From Callorhinchus milii (Eukaryota): a DNA stretch of 64,000 bases. Below the pieces are notes generated by a model. It was not told the DNA's origin and did not search any database. It saw only the letters and a program-made list of their open reading frames with translations. Of this stretch, positions 26,010-37,944 are shown piece after piece. Each line of letters begins with the position of its first letter. The first letter of the stretch is position 1. Both the position numbers and the translations under genes were made by a program. The stretch spans positions 58,034,001 to 58,098,000 of the forward strand of contig NW_024704742.1 in NCBI RefSeq assembly GCF_018977255.1. The letters are read 5' to 3'.

Positions 26010-27609
26010 GTTTTCATAAAATGCAATAATTTCAAACAGCTATTTGCTTCAGAAAATGGGACTAAAGTGGGATCATTTAAAAATATAAAACCTATTTAAT
26101 CTGGCACTATTTGAATTCATAACAGAACTTACTTATTAATGTTTGACATGATTACATATATTCAAAGCACAACGTAAAAAATCATGTATTATTAGAGACC
26201 CTTCAGCTACTGGAGATCAGCTCTCTAATACTCTGTCTAATACACATTGGAACATCCACCTTCTATCTGAATGTCCCAAATGTTTTGCTTCTATCTGACC
26301 TGGAAAGTTGTTGCAAATACTTATGATTCTTTCAGGAAAAGGTTCTTCTTAATTGCACTTGAAATCTATCTTCACTATTCACTACAATCTTTTCGCAAAA
26401 TCATAAGAAAGGTTTGCATGAAGAATGAATAAGGCTCTTCATCCCACTTGATCTCATCTCCTACAATGGGAGTAGACAAGCTAAATGTCTACTTGGACAC
26501 AACTCCTTCTTGAAATTATGTTTAAACTAATAAGATAGGCGGGTGGGGGGAGAGAAAGTGCCCATAGTTAAGAGGGAAAAGAGCTAAACATATAAAGTGC
26601 TTTTATACTAATGCATACACTATGAGGAATAAAACTGATGGACTAGAGGCACTAATTCAGGTAAACGGATACAATATGATGGCAATTACAGAAACCTGGC
26701 TACAATCCAGGCAGATTGGTAGCTAAGTATTCCCGAGTATAGGATATTTAGGAAAGATTTTCAAAAGGGTCAGGGTGTAATACTATTAATAAGACATGCA
26801 ATTTTGGCAATTGAGAAAAAGGATTTAAACAGTGATCGTCGGGAGTTACATTCAATATTCAGAGCTCAGAAATAGAAGAGGTTGTAAGACTTTCGTAGAG
26901 ATTATTTATCGACGACCTGATAGTAATGATGACATTGAAGAAATTGTATATAGGCAGATCGAGGAAGCTTGCAGCAGTAGTTGTAATTGGTGACTTCAAT
27001 CTTTATGTAGACTGGGAACATTATAGAAGTATTAGTAATCAGACCAGTACATTTTTGGAATTCATACAGGATAAAAATAATGCACTGATTCCTGAGCCAG
27101 AAGGGCCCACAGTATGTATATAGTGCCCTTTACACGGGGCAGCGTCTCAGTGTGCTTAATTGGAGAATTGGATACTTTTCCAAAACAATATGTTTTAGAA
27201 TCTACATGGGACCAGGCAATATGAGAATTGGTAATCACTAAGGAACCAGATATGGTTAATAATCTGAAAACACTTCTGTTTTTTTTTCAGAATCTGCAGT
27301 ATTTTGTGTTCCGTTTTTTTTTATGGTTAACAATCTGATGGTGAGGGACTATCTTGGAGTCATTGACCATAATATAATTGAAATTCATATGGTGTTTGAA
27401 ATTGAGGAGGGGAGATCAAAGACGAAGGATATAAATTTAAACAAAGCTAATTGTGAAGGCATGAAAAAGGAATTGGTGACAGTTAAATGGGATACACTGT
27501 TAGTTGACAAAAATACAAGTGAACAATGGGAAATGGTTAAAGACCCAATTAACAAAATCCATATTAAATACATAGTCCTAAAAGCCAAAGGTGTCAAACA
27601 ACCTTGGTG

Positions 27610-30600
27610 TTTTTTTTGGCCAGCTGGGTGTCTGACATGATGAGGAAACCCATCACCACATAGATTGCCATTGATAGTCATGGCAAGCATTCCTGCTGCT
27701 TGTCCAGCTAGGACCACCCTACATTAAGACTTTGGCTGCAGGGTTAACAGGCGCTGTGTAGGATGACTTCCTGCCCCCAGTGACTGGACTGCCCTTCCAA
27801 GTCCAGCCAATGAGCCAGGCTGGCTGAGCTGTCATCAGCATTGCCCTGGAATACTGCGGGCCCATCCGGCTCAGGAATCAGACCACCACAGAGGGCTTGC
27901 TTCCGACATTCCATTGCCAGTTGAGCGCCAATGAGATACTGCCTTCCTCCCCCCAAGCAGGTTATTGCATAGTATAGTACAGGACAGCCTGTACCAGTGT
28001 CTCCCTCCCTCCCACCCTCTGTCTGTCTGTCTGCCCTGTCCTTCCCCTGCAGGCTGCTCATTGCTATCCACAATAAGCACCCCCCCACCTCAGCGCCAAC
28101 TCTAGCCCCCCTCAGCCTCCTGCCGGCTGACCATGTCCTGCTGAACCCGCCGCCTCTTGTCTCAGGGTGTGCATCTTGGCTGCTGCCCCCGACCCGAGCT
28201 GGCCCTCCCTCAAAATGCCCCCCTCCCTGCAACTCTCCCTCTCTGTCCTGCTCTCTTTCTACCCTCCCCGCCTCCTATCTCTGCTTGAACCCCCCACTGC
28301 CTCCCTCTGCTCCAGCCTGGGTATCCTCCACCGGGCTCTTCGTGGCGCTCAGCGTTGGCTGTCCAGCAGCAGCCACACCAACTACCCCATTCCCCACTAT
28401 TGCCGCAAGCCACTCCAGACCCTGACCCCGGGGATAACCTCTCCTCCCTCATCTGCATCTCCACCCTCCCTCTCAACCATTCCACTACCCCCTCCCATCC
28501 CACACATCCCTTTGTCAACTGTCCACTCCGCATTGGCCTTCAAAATGTCCGCTCCATCTCCAACAAGACCCTGGCCATCAATGAACTCATCCTCGATGAG
28601 AACATTGACATCCTGGCACTCACAGAAACCTGGATCACCCCAGGTGGCACCTTCCCTCTCACTGAGGCACCTACCACCATGCCCCACGCTCCATCCATCA
28701 TGGCAGTAGTGTAGCCCTCATATCCAGGGCATCACTTGACCTATCCCCCTACTCCACCGGCTCGTTCCACTCTTTCGAACACCTTATCCCCTGCCATCCC
28801 TCCCACCTCTCTGAAAATTCTCTTTCTTTACTGGCCCTCAAAATCCTCTCCCACCTTCATCTCTGACATCTCCACCCTCTTTGCTTCCCTCTGCCTCTGC
28901 TCCGACCGTCTCATCATCCTAGGTGACTTCAACCTCCACTTCACCCCCTCCTGCTCCATCTCCTCAGACTTCTGCTCCCTCCTCTCCTCTCTCAATCTCT
29001 CCCTCCACATCCACTCTGCTACCCACACCCACGGTCAGCCACTCAACCTGGTGATCAACCCATCACAGCTATCCAGCTACTGGCCCATCTCAAATCTCCC
29101 CTTCCTATCCAAGGTCCTTGAGAGAGTTGTTGCCTCCCAGTTTCGCTCTTTCCTCTCCTCTCACTCCCTCCATGAACCCCTCCAATCGGGTTTCCGTGCT
29201 GCCCACAGAACAGAAACTGCTCTGGTCAAGATCACAAACAACATCCTGACCATGTGTGACCAGGGCTTCCCACTGCCTCCTCATCCTCCTCGACCTCTCC
29301 ACAGCCTTTGACGCCGTGGACCACTCAATCTTCCTCCACCGCCTCTCTTCCCACCTTAACCTTCAAGGTTCTGTCCTCGACTGGTTCAGGTCCTACTTTT
29401 CACACCACCTCCACTTTGTCACGGCAAACGGCTTCTCCTCCAGGTCCCGCACTGTCTCATGCGGTGTTCCTCAAGGCTCTGTCTTCGGTCCCCTCCTCTT
29501 CACCCTCTACATGCTCCCCCTTGGTGACATCATCCACAGACATGGGGTAAATTTCCACATGTATGCGGATGACACCCAACTCTATCTCTCTGCTTACACC
29601 CTGAACTCCAGGACCACTGGCGTCATGACTGACTGCCTATCCAACATCAAGTCCTGGTCGAGGGATAACTTTCTCCAACTGAATGTCAGCAAGACCGAGG
29701 CCCTTCTGATTGGCTCTCGCCAGCGCCTCCGCACCTCAGGCGCTGACAGCATCAGCCTCCACGGCTGCACACTCAACCTCACTGAGCCAGTCAGGAATCT
29801 GGGTGTCTTGTTTGACCCTGAACTGTCCTTTCTCCCCCACATCCGTGCCATGACCGGCACTGCCTACCACCACCTCCGCAATATTGCCAGACTCCGCCAC
29901 TGCCTCACCCCTCAGGCTGCCGAAACCCTCACCCACGCATTCATCACCTCAAGGTTTAATTATGGGAACTCCCTCCAGCGGCCTTCCCAACTCTTCCCTT
30001 TACAAGCTGCAGATCATCCAAAACTCTGCAGCTCGTGTACTTTCACGCACCAGGCTCCGTGACCCCATCACTCCCACCCTCGCCTGATTCCACTGGCTCC
30101 CCATCCCCCAAAGGATCGAGTTCAAGATCCTCGTCCTCACCTTTAAGGCCATCCTTGGCCTTGTCCTCTCCTACCATTCTGACCTGACTCCCTACCAACC
30201 TGCCCACTCCCTCCGTTCATCGGGCTCCGGCCTGCTCCATGTCTCGCCCAACCCGCTTTACCATCGGTAGCCGGGCTTTCAGTCTCTCTGCCCCCATCTC
30301 TGGAACTCCATCCCACGGTCCCTTCGCCTTACTTCCTCCATTACCTCCTTCAAGACTGGTCTCAAGACCCGTCTCTTCAACCCTGACTTTGGTCTCCCTC
30401 CCACCTCTCTGCTTCCCTCACCCCTACACCACCCCTCCCCCATGCTCGGGCCCTGACACCTGACTGTTCAGCGCTTTGGGACGTCCTCCCGATGTGAAAG
30501 GCGCTCTATAAATGTAATTTTGTTGTTGTTGTTGTTTGAGCCCTCACTAGTTGTACGGTACATGCAAGGAACGCCTTGCGAGCTTCTCAGCACGAAATGC

Positions 30601-30930
30601 ATGACAGCATTGCCACAGTCTTCCTGTCGCAGCTCGGGCACACATCCTCTCCATTGAGCGATGGTTCCACCAATTGGAGGTGCAGAGGTTATGCAGCAGC
30701 TGCCTGCCTCTCTGTAGATCAATCAAGGTAGATTCCATGCGTTGGTCATACTAACGTGTGTTTACGAACTCGGATTCTAAGTAAGGTCTTCCAACAGCTG
30801 TCGCCCAAAGCGTCAGAGTTTCCTCATCAGCTATCTTGTGGGCATATGCATTCAGTTTGGTCCACGGACCTTTACAGAACAGTTTGTGACATGCTTGCCA
30901 TCTTGATGTTCTTGAGGTCCAAGTCCATAA
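27610..30930 (-). mobile_element. Unclassified poly(A)-tailed LINE: ORF end (30545-30930) and 3' UTR (27610-27995), split by an L2 insertion
   Basis: LESEFVNTR..MESTLIDLQRGRQLLHNLCTSNWWNHRSMER; T-run at ~27610; collinear with the 12670-13270 and 58170-58802 copies. Confidence 0.6.
27998..30537 (+). mobile_element. Long L2 LINE (5' region, APE, internal deletion near 29055, RT, 3' tail)
   Basis: IGLQNVRSISNK..DILALTETW (APE); [57 protein letters not shown]; tail ggcgctctataaatg...(TTG)n; frameshifted. Confidence 0.95.
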
Positions 30931-31110
30931 ATAGTAAGGGAAGGGTGTACAAAACCACAAAAGCAAGTAGAAAGGCAGAGGATTGGGTATATTATTAGGA
31001 ACAACAAAGTGACACCAAGCAAATGATAAGGGCAAAACAGGAATATGAAGAAAAGGTTGCAGATTATATTAAAGGTAACAGTAAAAGGTATTACAAATAT
31101 ATTAGGAGAG

Positions 31111-32153
31111 AGACTATTCGAAAAGGTTGATTTCAATATAATTTGTAAATAATAGAAGAATTAATATCCACATATGCATGACGGTAATAATAATAATAAT
31201 AATCCTTGCATTTGATATAGCGCTTTTCACGTCGGGAGGACGTCCCAAAGCGCTTCACAGAACACGCTGTAAAGTGAATTGACTGTATATTTGTGGGCGA
31301 ACGCGGCAGCCAATTGCGCACAGCAATGTCCCACAAACAGTCGTAGATTCAAAATGACCAATTTATTATTGGTTTTGGTTTTGGAGGGATTATTATTAGG
31401 CGTGTGGAGTAAGGAAACTTGCCCAAGGTTTCGCCCTCTGCCTGGAATTGAACTCAGGTCTCTCACTTGCAAAGCGAGTGCTCTAACCACTGAGCTACAG
31501 GACTCCACTCCGGTAGCAGATAGGAGAGAAAGAAACTGTTAGTCGGAATTAGAAACATCTTGCTGTGACCAGTGATAAAATGTTGGGGAATCAGCGGAAT
31601 AAGCTGTCCCGGTTCTAGAAGATCAACCGTCAGTCAGTTGTGATGGTGAGAGAAGGCATAGAACAGGCTTCATGAAGGGCACAAGAAACCTGCATTCCAT
31701 GAGGGCCCCTAGGTAAAGCTCAGTTTTCTGTGAACACATGCTGATCACGTTAAATGTTTCTGCCAGACAGAGAAAGGCTCCGGCCTTGGAAGGGAGAAGC
31801 AAGATGTCATGTGTTGAAGAATAATGAGCAAGCTGCTTTGTCTCAAAAGGGTCTGCTTATCTAAAAGATATGGGCACAAGGATGTGCAAGAGTCGAGTAC
31901 GTTGGGTACATGCAAAGATTCTTTATTGGAGAAGAAGGTGGAAAAAGTATAACTACCCTGACTTTAGGCAAGTAATGCAGCAGATCCAGCCAAGTGAAGA
32001 AGTGCAGGGGCCAATACCGCTGACTGCTCCAAAACCAGTAGTATGCATTTGTTACTATCTGTATTGTATTTTTATCCTGATCAATAAATCTCTATTACAC
32101 CTTTAGTGGATTGTCGGGTCATTATTTGAATTCAGGGATCGGAAATCCCAACA
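31111..32153 (+). mobile_element. Solo LTR-like element interrupted by a SINE (~720 bp without it)
   Basis: Ends TCCCAACA; TATAA at 31948, AATAAA at 32083; possible AGAG TSD at 31107-31110 and 32154-32157; 5' TG not visible. Confidence 0.55.
31185..31507 (-). mobile_element. Young full-length tRNA(Ala)-like SINE with partial Deu core and L2 tail
   Basis: Nearly identical to 46281-46605 and 48231-48553; A-box TAGCTCAGTGG, TTGCA anticodon-like loop, B-box GTTCAATTCC. Confidence 0.93.
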
Positions 32154-33064
32154 AGAGTGGTAAAAGAAGAGGTGGGCCCACTAAAAATAGATACAGGGAA
32201 AACTATAAGGGATGGTAAGGAAACGGCAGAACTTTTAAATGAATACTTTGCATCAGTGTTCACAATAGAGGAGGGAAAAATACCAGTGCAACAGGGAAGC
32301 CTAATGTTGTGAAAGTAAGGAACTTGCAGAATTCCATTTAAGTAGAAAAATGGTTATGGATAAACTATTGGAACGTAAGACAGACAAATCTACAGTACCG
32401 GATGGATTCCATCCCAGGGTACTGAGAGAGTTCAGCAAGGAATTTGCTGATGCATTCGCTAACAGCTAACATTTTTCAAAGTTCACTGGATTCAGAATTT
32501 TTACCTGGGGATTGGAAAATTACAAACTTTACTCCATTATTCAATAAGGGAGGGAGGAAAAAGGTAGGTTACCCACAGACCTGTGAGCTTAACTTCAGTT
32601 ATAGGAAAGCTATTGGAATCTATCATATTGTAGACAGTGTAGGCAGAGTCAGTTGAATTAAAAAGACGCCTAGATAGATGCCTGACAAACAGGGATATCA
32701 AATAATACAGAGAGAGGTTAGGGGGGTGGAATTGAGTTGCAGATTGGTGACAAATTTTGAAAATGGTGGGACAGGCTTGATAGGTTGAAAAGCCTCTTTC
32801 TGTTCCTATATGGGATCAATATGGGATGACAACGAAGTTGTTCTGAGAAGTTAATAGTTCTTCCATTTCATGTTTGATCTATCCCTTCTAACCTAATTGG
32901 AAACAATTATTAGATTATTTTTATGTAATTACTAGTTAGGGAATTAGATAAATACCTGAAAATCAGTCAGATTACCAAACTAGACCCCATGCTGTAGCTT
33001 AGTGGTTAGAGCACTCGCATCATAAGCAAGGGGATATGGTTTGATTCCCAGGCAGGGAAAAAAA

Positions 33065-34430
33065 TCTCCACGCACTCCCTCTCTGCTGCCCTGGAGTCTT
33101 CTGAACTCCTCCCCCTCTGGGTTTCTTTCTGCACCATCTTAACCTCCTCGGTCACTTTCTTCCACAACTACTTCTCCACAATTCTCGATGCTCTTGACCC
33201 CCCCTTCACCTCCCAAACAACCTCCTACTCACACAGGTCACCCTAGTACACCAGCCACCTCTGCTCCTTAAAGACACCTGGCTCAAACCTAATTTAATGG
33301 TCTGACTGGACCCCATCAAAACTTACTGATCCGCCCTCGCCTCCGCTAAATACAATACAATAGAAAATTACTTTTATAAAGCACCTTTCACATTGGGAGA
33401 ATGTCCCAAGGTGCTGCCTGATTGAGGATTTAAGAGAGATGAAGTAATGATCCAGTTCTTTTATGCCTGTTGAACACACTGCCCATTTGCCCAATGCTGA
33501 TGTATTGATAAGGCCAAGAATTGATAAAATCATCTGACTCCAAGATAATCTTGGAGCCCAAGTACAGCCCCAGGCTCCTCTTCTCCACCACCAACCAGTT
33601 CCTCCGCTCACCCTTTCACGTCTTGCCCATTCTCTCCTCCAACTGCAACTGCAAGGAGATGCTGGACTTCCTCAAAACAAAAATCAAGGGGATCTGCTCA
33701 GCTGCCTCTGCCCTTCCAAATGCTGACCCTTCCCCATTTCCCCCTCATACTCCTACCCTTCCCTCCCTCCACACATTCAACCTGTCTCCCCCTCCTCTCT
33801 AACCACTATTATAACCCATATGAAACCCACCACCTGATCCCTCGACCTCATCCATACACCTCTCCTTACCTCCCAGCTCAACCTCCTTGCCTATATACTC
33901 ACATACCTTGTCAACCTCTCCCTGTCCAATGACACTGTTGCCACCCCCTTAAAATAGTAGTCATCAACCCTATCCTTAAAATATCTTACCTGGACCCTTC
34001 CCTGTTATCAAATTACTGCCCAATCTCCAACCTACTTTTTCTTTCCAAGGTCCTTGATCGAGTCATTGCTTCCCAGCTTCATTTCTTCCTCGCCCACCAC
34101 TCCCTCTACAAAACATTCCAATTTGGTTTCCTTGCTGCCAAAAGCCTTGGGCAAAGTGACAAATGACATTCTGTCTATCTGTGACCAGGGTTTCCTCTGT
34201 CTCCTTGTCCTCCTTAAACTCTCTGCTGCTTTTGATACCGTCGACCACTCGATCCTCCTCCATGACCTCACCTCTCACCTCAGCTTTCATGGTTCTGTCC
34301 TTGATCAGTTCACATCCTAACTTGCACACCGTCTCCACTTTGTCTCCACAAATGGTTTCTCCTGCAGCCCCCGCATCGTCTTGTGTGGCATTCCTCAGGA
34401 CTCTGTCCTTGGCCCTCTCCTTCTCAACAT
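33065..34430 (+). mobile_element. Degenerate L2 internal fragment
   Basis: SKIILEPKYSPRLLFSTTN, LKLSAAFDTVDH, CGIPQDSVLGPLL. Confidence 0.85.
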
Positions 34431-35406
34431 GAGGGTAGTGGCGAATGGTTGTTTTGCAGATTGGAGGGAAGTATACAGTGGTGTCCCCCAGGGGTTGATA
34501 TTAGATCCACAGCTCTTTTTGATATACACAAATGACTTAGATTTAGGCAGAGAGAGCAAAATTTTAAAGTTTGCAGATGAACACAAAATGTGTAAACATA
34601 GTAAACAGTGAGGAGGATGGTAGCAGACTGCAGGAGGACATAGACAGACTGGTGAAATGGGCAGGCACTCTACAGATGAAGTTTAATGTAGAGATGTGTG
34701 AGGTGATGCATTTTGAGAGGAAGAATAGGTGAGGCAATATACACAAAATGATGCAGTTTTAAAGGGGAATAGGAGCGGAGAGACCTGGGGGTTCATCTAC
34801 ATAGGTCTTTGAAGGTGGCAGGACAGGTTGATAGAGCTGTTAAAAAAGCAGATGGGATCCTTGGTTTTATAAATAGAGTCATAGAGTATAAAGGCAAGGA
34901 TGTTCTGCTAAACCTTTATAAATCACTGGTTAGGCTTCAGCTGGGGTATTCTGTCCCATTCTGGGAACCACACTTTAGAAAGGATATCGAGGAGATTCAT
35001 CAGAATGGTACCAGGGATGAGGGGCTTTAGTTATGAGGAGTGACTAAAGAAGCTGAGATTGTTATCCTTGGAGGAGAGAAGGTTACGGGGAGATTTAATA
35101 GAGGTGTTCAAAACTATGATGGAGATAATTGGCAAAAGAACCAGAGAGAAGATGAGGAGATTTTGTTTTACACAGAGAGTTGTTACGGTCTGGAATGCAC
35201 TTCCTGAAAGGGTGGTGGAAACAGATTCAATAACAACTTTCAAAATGGAATTGGACAGGTACTTGAAAAGGAAACATTTGCAAGGATATGGGGAGTGGGT
35301 GTGGGAGTGTCACTGACTGGGTAGCTCTTCCAAAGAGCCGGCACAGGTACAATGGGCCGAATGGCCTCCTTCTGTGCTGTAATATTCTGTGATTCTAATG
35401 ATTCTA
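34431..35406 (+). mobile_element. 5'-truncated CR1 LINE with intact 3' end
   Basis: SGVPQG..FLIYTNDLD..KFAD, LYKSLVRLQL, SLEERRLRGDLIEVFK; tail gggccgaatggcctccttctgtgctgt...(gattcta). Confidence 0.9.
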
Positions 35407-35829
35407 CTAGTGCTCTGTTATCATCCCACCTGCCCTTTCTAGAAACAATAGCTATTGAAATAAGTAACGCAAGAATAAATAATGAGGTCACTTTGATATA
35501 CCTTTGCTCAGTGTAATGTAAAGTAGCTCTATGAAGCTAACCAGCCATTTAGCTCTCACATTATCAATTACCTTCATGAGGCTGGCATGATTGATAGTTT
35601 GGGGTGCAATGCATGGTGTTCATTATTTAACACCGAGTATAGTGGTAAATAAGAAATATCATAAATATCACCCCTTACTGTCACATATGACCACCTCACA
35701 CCTCTCCAAGGCCTCACACTTCTCCAAGTTAAGACACCCTAGAATGGCCTTAGTTTAAGTCAGGATGGTCCAAACTATGGGTTGCCATGGGCCATATTCC
35801 CTATTTGAGAAAGGTTCGCAGGCCACATC

Positions 35830-36185
35830 CATCGTGGGCAGCTGGTGGCCCACGGCCGTATCCGGCCCGAGACCATTTCCAACATTCCAACCCATTCTCT
35901 CCCTCCCTGGTGAATGGCCTCCCAGGGCAGCGGCTGGAGCCAGTGGTTGGGAGTTTGTAGCCCGGAGACTCAAGCGCATCTCTTACCAACCATGTTCTTA
36001 GCAACCAATTTGCTTTCCTGACAGACAGCAGTGAAGGCTCTGTGTGCTGGGTCCTCCCAACCATCATCTCCTGCCGCTGCCCTGGGAGGACATTCACTAG
36101 GGAGGGAGGGAGCAGAAGTTGGAATGGTGGAAATTGTCGAGGGACGTGTAAAATCACCCGCCACGGAGCTGACTGCCCACGTGCT
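35830..36185. repeat. Long imperfect inverted repeat (MITE/foldback-like)
   Basis: 35871-35940 is the approximate reverse complement of 36068-36138; weaker pairing extends on both sides. Confidence 0.8.
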
Positions 36186-37944
36186 GCCTGTTGGAGCAGG
36201 CTGCTTTATTTGAAGACAGCACGGAATAGCAGAAAACAACCTGGACAGATTTCTGCCCTTTCAGGTGTTTCAAAGTTTGAATGGGGTGCCTTCTGCAGCT
36301 GCAGAAACTCCCCCAGCTAACTGCAACATAGCAACATGGTGGGAAGCTTAGCCTGAGCACTAGGGAAACTTGCTGGAATGGCTTAAAAGTACACATGGTT
36401 ATCAGTGAGCACTGCTGATACAGAAACATCATTTTCTACTGATTCAGACCTCTTGAAAGACAACAGATGAAGCATGACAGAAGTCAAAGTGAAGATTCTA
36501 TTCATGTTAAAATATAACAATCACTAAACCTTTGGCTGAGACTTTTTTTGTGTTTTTAGCTCATTGGGACGCCCTTCCGATGTGAAAGGCACCATATAAA
36601 TGTAATTTGTTGTTGTGTTTGTTTCTGTCAAAATTTGATTTTCAATATTTTGGTTTCTCTACTAACTGTGTTGCACCTCAAATTTCTGCTGTTCAAAAAT
36701 ACCCTGTTGCAAAACCTGAAAGAATATTTTGGTTCAAAACTATCTATACATAGAAACTGCACTTTTGCACCTTTTGAAAAGTGTTATCTTCTGCTTTTGT
36801 TAAATAAAGCATTGATAAATTATTATTTTGGAACAATCTATCACGCGTTGTTTCTTCATGTTTATTTTTTATCAATAAAGTGAAAAAATGTAGGTTAGCA
36901 GTAACCCATGGCTTTCAATAACACCAATCAAATTCCCGCAATTTTCTGCTCCAACCTGGGAATCCTCCGTCAGCTCACCGTGGCACTCGCCATTGGCTGT
37001 CCACCATGGCACAGATGTGGGGTAGAAAGGATAGTTGAGGGTCAAACAAGATGTCAAGGTTCCGGACTGACTTAGCAAGGTGGAGCGAGGACCCTTGGAT
37101 GGTGATGCTGTCAGCGACTGAGGTGTGGAGGCGCTGACAGGAGTCAATCAGGAGGGCTTTGCTCTTGTTGACGTTCAACTGTAGAAAATTAGCCTGGCAG
37201 CCAAGAAATGACTGAAAATGAACAGTTGAACATTGACTAAGGCACTAGCTAAATTTTCACAAATGTTTCCATTTCAAAACTCTATTTCAGTCAGAAAATA
37301 AATGGAAGTGAGTTTGAAAAATTTGAATAAAGGAACTAGACGGATGATGTAGTTAAAACTTGGCACTCGGCATCCAGCCCTGCCAATGTGCAATATTCTG
37401 AGGTGTTATCGTGTATGAAGGGCTCTATGTAGATTTGTTTTGCAATGGTGGGTGCATGCCTTCACGTAGTTACATATGTATGTTGTGTAACATTGCTGTG
37501 CACAATCTGGCTGCCGCGTTTCGCCCACAAAATAAAGTCAATCCACTTTACAACATATTCTGTGAAGCGTTTTGAGATGTAATAAGGTTCTATATCAAAT
37601 GCAAGGATTATTATTATATTGATATTATTATTAGTATCATGAACATTGTAGCTGGACCTCAATAAGATCAATGAATGAAGTGAATCTCCACTCTGCGATG
37701 TGGCTGCATTGTGTATTCACGAGCCAGGCCCTTAATTTCTGATTTGTATCTGTCCATGCAAGTTGCAATTTGTGGCAAGATGAAGGTGCAGATACAACTA
37801 CACTCAGAAATCCCAGAGATAGATGGTGGGAATGGAATGTGCACTCTCTCCCTGGAGGGACGCATCCTGCTTACCGAGTTCGGAAAATATTAGTCCCTGT
37901 GATTGATGTGCAAAACATGTTAATTGACTGCTGCTTTCCCCCCA

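Larger units (their letters stand above)
26590..32810 (+). mobile_element. Old CR1 LINE (APE domain to 3' end), split by nested insertions; pieces at ~26590-27605, ~30935-31110 and ~32154-32810
   Basis: YTNAYTMRNKTDGL..AITETWLQ (APE), VIGDFN, DHNIIE, LNEYFASVF, DWKITNFTPLFNKG; CR1-type 3' end. Confidence 0.75.

Noticed and set aside
29256..30062. 268-aa reverse transcriptase ORF as a host gene or novel RT system
   Set aside because: It is a frameshifted L2 ORF2 fragment with many degenerate relatives in the window and a typical L2 tail
31581..32153. TGTTGGGG at 31581 as the 5' end of the LTR-like element
   Set aside because: No TSD there; the CR1 breakpoint, length match and weak 5' similarity to the 20.3-21.0 kb element favour a start near 31111
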